Shown piece by piece: positions 60,190 through 64,000 of a stretch of 64,000 nt of DNA. Each line of letters starts with the position of its first letter. Within the stretch, counting starts at the first letter, position 1. Origin of the DNA: Eledone cirrhosa (Eukaryota); the NCBI GenBank assembly GCA_964016885.1, contig OZ024758.1:6014001-6078000 (forward strand), read 5' to 3'. Both the position numbers and the translations under genes were made by a program. The notes under the pieces were generated by a model that had not been told where the DNA came from, made no database searches, and worked only from the letters and a program-made list of their open reading frames with translations.

Positions 60190-60786
60190 ACTAAATATAT
60201 ATATATATAAATATATATATATAAATATTTATATAAATATAAATATATAAATATTTATATAAATATAAATATAAATATAAATATTTATATAAATATAAAT
60301 ATAAATATAAATATTTATATTTATATAAATATATATATTTATATAAATATAAATATATATATAAATATATATATAAATATATATATTTATATAAATATAA
60401 ATATATATATAAATATATATATAAATATATATATTTATATAAATATAAATATATATATTTCTATAAATATAAATATATATATATATAAATATAAATATAT
60501 ATATTTCTATAAATATAAATATATATATATATATTTATATAAATATAAATATATATATTTCTATAAATATAAATATATATATATATTTATATAAATATAA
60601 ATATATATATATAAATATAAATATATATATATAAATATAAATATATATATATAAATATAAATATATATATAAATATATTTATATAAATATAAATATATAT
60701 ATAAATATAAATATATATATAAATATATATATAAATATAAATATATATATAAATATATATATAAATATAAATATATATATAAATAT

Positions 60787-60819
<33 letters not shown>

Positions 60820-61200
60820 AATATAAATATAAATATAAATATATATATAAATATATATATAAATATAAATATATATATAAATATATATATAAATATAAAT
60901 ATATATATAAATATATATATAAATATAAATATATATATAAATATATATATAAATATAAATATATATATAAATATAAATATATATATAAATATATATATAA
61001 ATATAAATATATATATAAATATAAATATAAATATAAATATATATATAAATAAATATATAAATAAATATATAAATATATATATAAATATATATATATAAAT
61101 ATATATAAATATATATATATATAAATAAATATATATATATATATAAATAAATATATATATATATATATAAATATATATATAAATAAATATATATATATAT
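60190..61200. repeat. (TA)n/TAAA low-complexity satellite
   Basis: Nearly pure A/T tandem sequence. Confidence 0.9.
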
Positions 61201-61268
61201 ATAGGAACCAGTAAGACCCCGACAGCTGAGCTCATGCCGTTTCGACGGCTAATTCTGGACTAAATGAA

Positions 61269-61393
<125 letters not shown>

Positions 61394-61641
61394 TGAGAAA
61401 GAGAGGGAGAGAGAGAGAGTGAGTTCGTGTAAGTGTGAGATAGAGAGATAGATGTGTGTTTTGGGGAGTCTAGATAAGATACTGTAAAGATATAAAACCG
61501 CTCCTTCTAGATTTCACTTGATGTTAATTATATCTTGTATGAAGTGATTTATGACGTGTGTCTGGTTCTAGTAGAGATAACAAATAATTTATAATCCTAT
61601 TGAAGATATGTAGGGGACAGGGGGATGTCGTAATGATGGGG

Positions 61642-61674
<33 letters not shown>

Positions 61675-62032
61675 GTGAGAGAGAGAGAGAGAGAAAGTGA
61701 GAGAGAGAGAGAGAGATAGGGAAAGATAAATAGATAGATATATATATATGTTTCTTTATTAGTCACAGGGGCACAAAAGGAGGGGACAAATACAAAGGGG
61801 GAAGTTTACATAGAAAAAAACGTGTAAAATATTATCACAAATGCAATTTAAAAATTAGTCGATTTTCCCCAATAGGGGGAGACATTTCATATGGGTAACA
61901 CATACCCCCGAAAAAATGTGCAACCCTCATTTCCAGATATATAGATAGATAGAGAGATATATAGATAGAGAGAGGGAGAGATCAATAGATAGATAGATAA
62001 AGTGCGAGAGAGAGGGAGAGATCAATAGATAG

Positions 62033-62131
<99 letters not shown>

Positions 62132-62478
62132 AAGATAGATAGAGAGAGAGAGATAGAGAGTGGGGGGGGGGGGTGGGGGGGAGAAATAAAACGAAATCAA
62201 ACATCGAACTAAGACTGAAAAGTAATCAAAAGCGATATAAAGCTGATTGATTTTAACTCAATATTTTACTGATACTTATTTTATCGATCTCGAAAGGATG
62301 AAATACAAAACCAACCACAGCGAGATTTCGACTCAAAGTTTACAGGGTCGTAACTAAATGTCACAAAGTCAAACTAAATATTCTTAAGTATCTAAGAATC
62401 TCTCAATCCTATTTGTCCTTTCTTATTCAATTGAATATTGTTTTGTTTTTTAACTAAGCACTTAAGCTCTGTATCGAA

Positions 62479-62550
<72 letters not shown>

Positions 62551-62849
62551 GCGTGTGCGTTTGACAGCTCACACCTATGCAGGTTTAGCTGGCCTCCTCC
62601 ATGGGGGGTGTCTTGGGTGATTTAATGATATGGACCCCAGTCCCATCATCTCATTTCTACAGCTGAGTAAACTGGAACAACGTGAAATAAAGATTGAAAG
62701 CATTGAATACAGGAAAACCTTCCTTCTCTGCTCAGCTTTCATCAACATTTTCCTGTTTTACTTTAAAACGATTATAAAGGTAGATAGAGAGAAAGTGAGG
62801 TCATGGCCTTCTGTCGATGAGAGTGTTGTGGTTTGTGTAAATGGGTTTA

Positions 62850-63400
62850 TTCTTCATCATCCGGCGGCCTCAGCCGAAACCGACTCAACAATTGATCTCC
62901 ACGTGGGTCTGTCATTCATTGCCGTTGCCAAATCCTGAATCTCTGCAGAGGACATTGGGATAGCAGAGCTTGCGCCCCCTGTTATTAATGACTGCTTCTG
63001 GTTTCCAAAGCAGTAATGGGGACACAGCTCCATAGGTGACACGATGGCAGTGGTCAGAAAATCTTACTCTCCTCTTACGTACAACGACAAATATGCATGG
63101 GAGGCCGGCATATATCTCTCTCAAAGGCAGATGTCGCCAGCTTATGTTCTGAATACGTCGAAGCAGGTGAGTGTAGGTGACATCAAGGTGCTTTTGTTGT
63201 TTGGATGAAAGCGTCCATGTTTCACTTCCATATAGCAAGTGCCGGTAGTTACTGGAACACAGCTAGGAGAGGACAATGGTATTGATAGCCAAAGTAATCT
63301 ATGATATTCCTTAATCAACCAAAGGTTCCTCCTCAATTGGAAAGTCTCATCCTGTTTCCTACAGATGTTTTCTATGTTCATTTTATCTTCAAAATCGCTT
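62850..63400 (-). mobile_element. RTE-clade LINE fragment (post-RT region)
   Basis: LLYGSETWTLS...LLRRIQNISW...RRVRFSDHCHR...AMNDRPTWRSIV. Confidence 0.85.
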
Positions 63401-64000
63401 CAACGAGAATTTACGAGAATCACAAACGTTATTGTAACTTGTCCTTGTAAACCCTCCTATTCCATTTCCCCAGTGGCAAATAAAGGAACTAATTCTTTCT
63501 AACATTAGCACAAGGACAGCAATTTGAGCGAAGGGGAATATCGATTATATCTACCACAGTACATAACTGGTACCTCATTTTATCGATCACAGCAATATTT
63601 CAAATCAAAGTTTAAAGGGTCGTAACTAAATGCTGCAAAACCTTTGTCCGATATTTTAATGGTTTTGACAATCCACTGCTCTTATAGAATGGTTTCTACT
63701 TTTGGCACAAGGCCAGCAATTTCCCAGTACATTACTGGTACTTTATTTTATCGACCCCCGCAAGGATGAAAGGGATGATCATGATAATAATGATTTCTAG
63801 TATAGGCACAAGGCCAGCAATTACCCCAGTAATTGGGGGGAAGGGAAAGTCGATTAAATCGACCTCAGTACATTACTGGTGCTTTATTTATCGGCACCTG
63901 TAAGGATGAAAGGCAAAGTTAACTTTGGCGGGATTTAAACTCAAACGGTAAAGGGACATAACTCTATGCTGCGAAGCATAGCATCCGACCCTCTACCGAT

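Overview
AT-rich, microsatellite- and SINE-dense animal DNA; the SINE, Penelope and microsatellite content suggests an octopod cephalopod (inference). Nearly all listed ORFs are microsatellite or transposon artefacts. The main hidden structure is a plus-strand micro-exon gene inside what looks like a 1.3-kb tandem repeat and AT satellites. Twelve 39-57 nt exons (901-22060) are all multiples of 3, phase 1-1 and stop-free, and each sits between a conserved ...ttt(c)cag acceptor and a gt(a)agtaca donor (exon 10 has AC instead of AG). They splice in frame to a terminal coding exon (25336-25622) that encodes a very basic tail, followed by a 3'UTR exon with AATAAA. The predicted product is Arg/dibasic-site peptide repeats, then an acidic S-x-E spacer, then a cationic tail; its 5' end lies upstream of the window. 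A divergent 4-EF-hand calmodulin-like gene follows (probable ATG exon at 31265, coding exons 44362-55448, about 171 aa). Also present: an orphan minus-strand coding-like exon, Penelope-type hammerhead motifs and hairpins, R4-, Tx1- and RTE-type LINE fragments, mariner and Tc2/pogo MITEs, many tRNA-derived SINEs and a tRNA-like cloverleaf.
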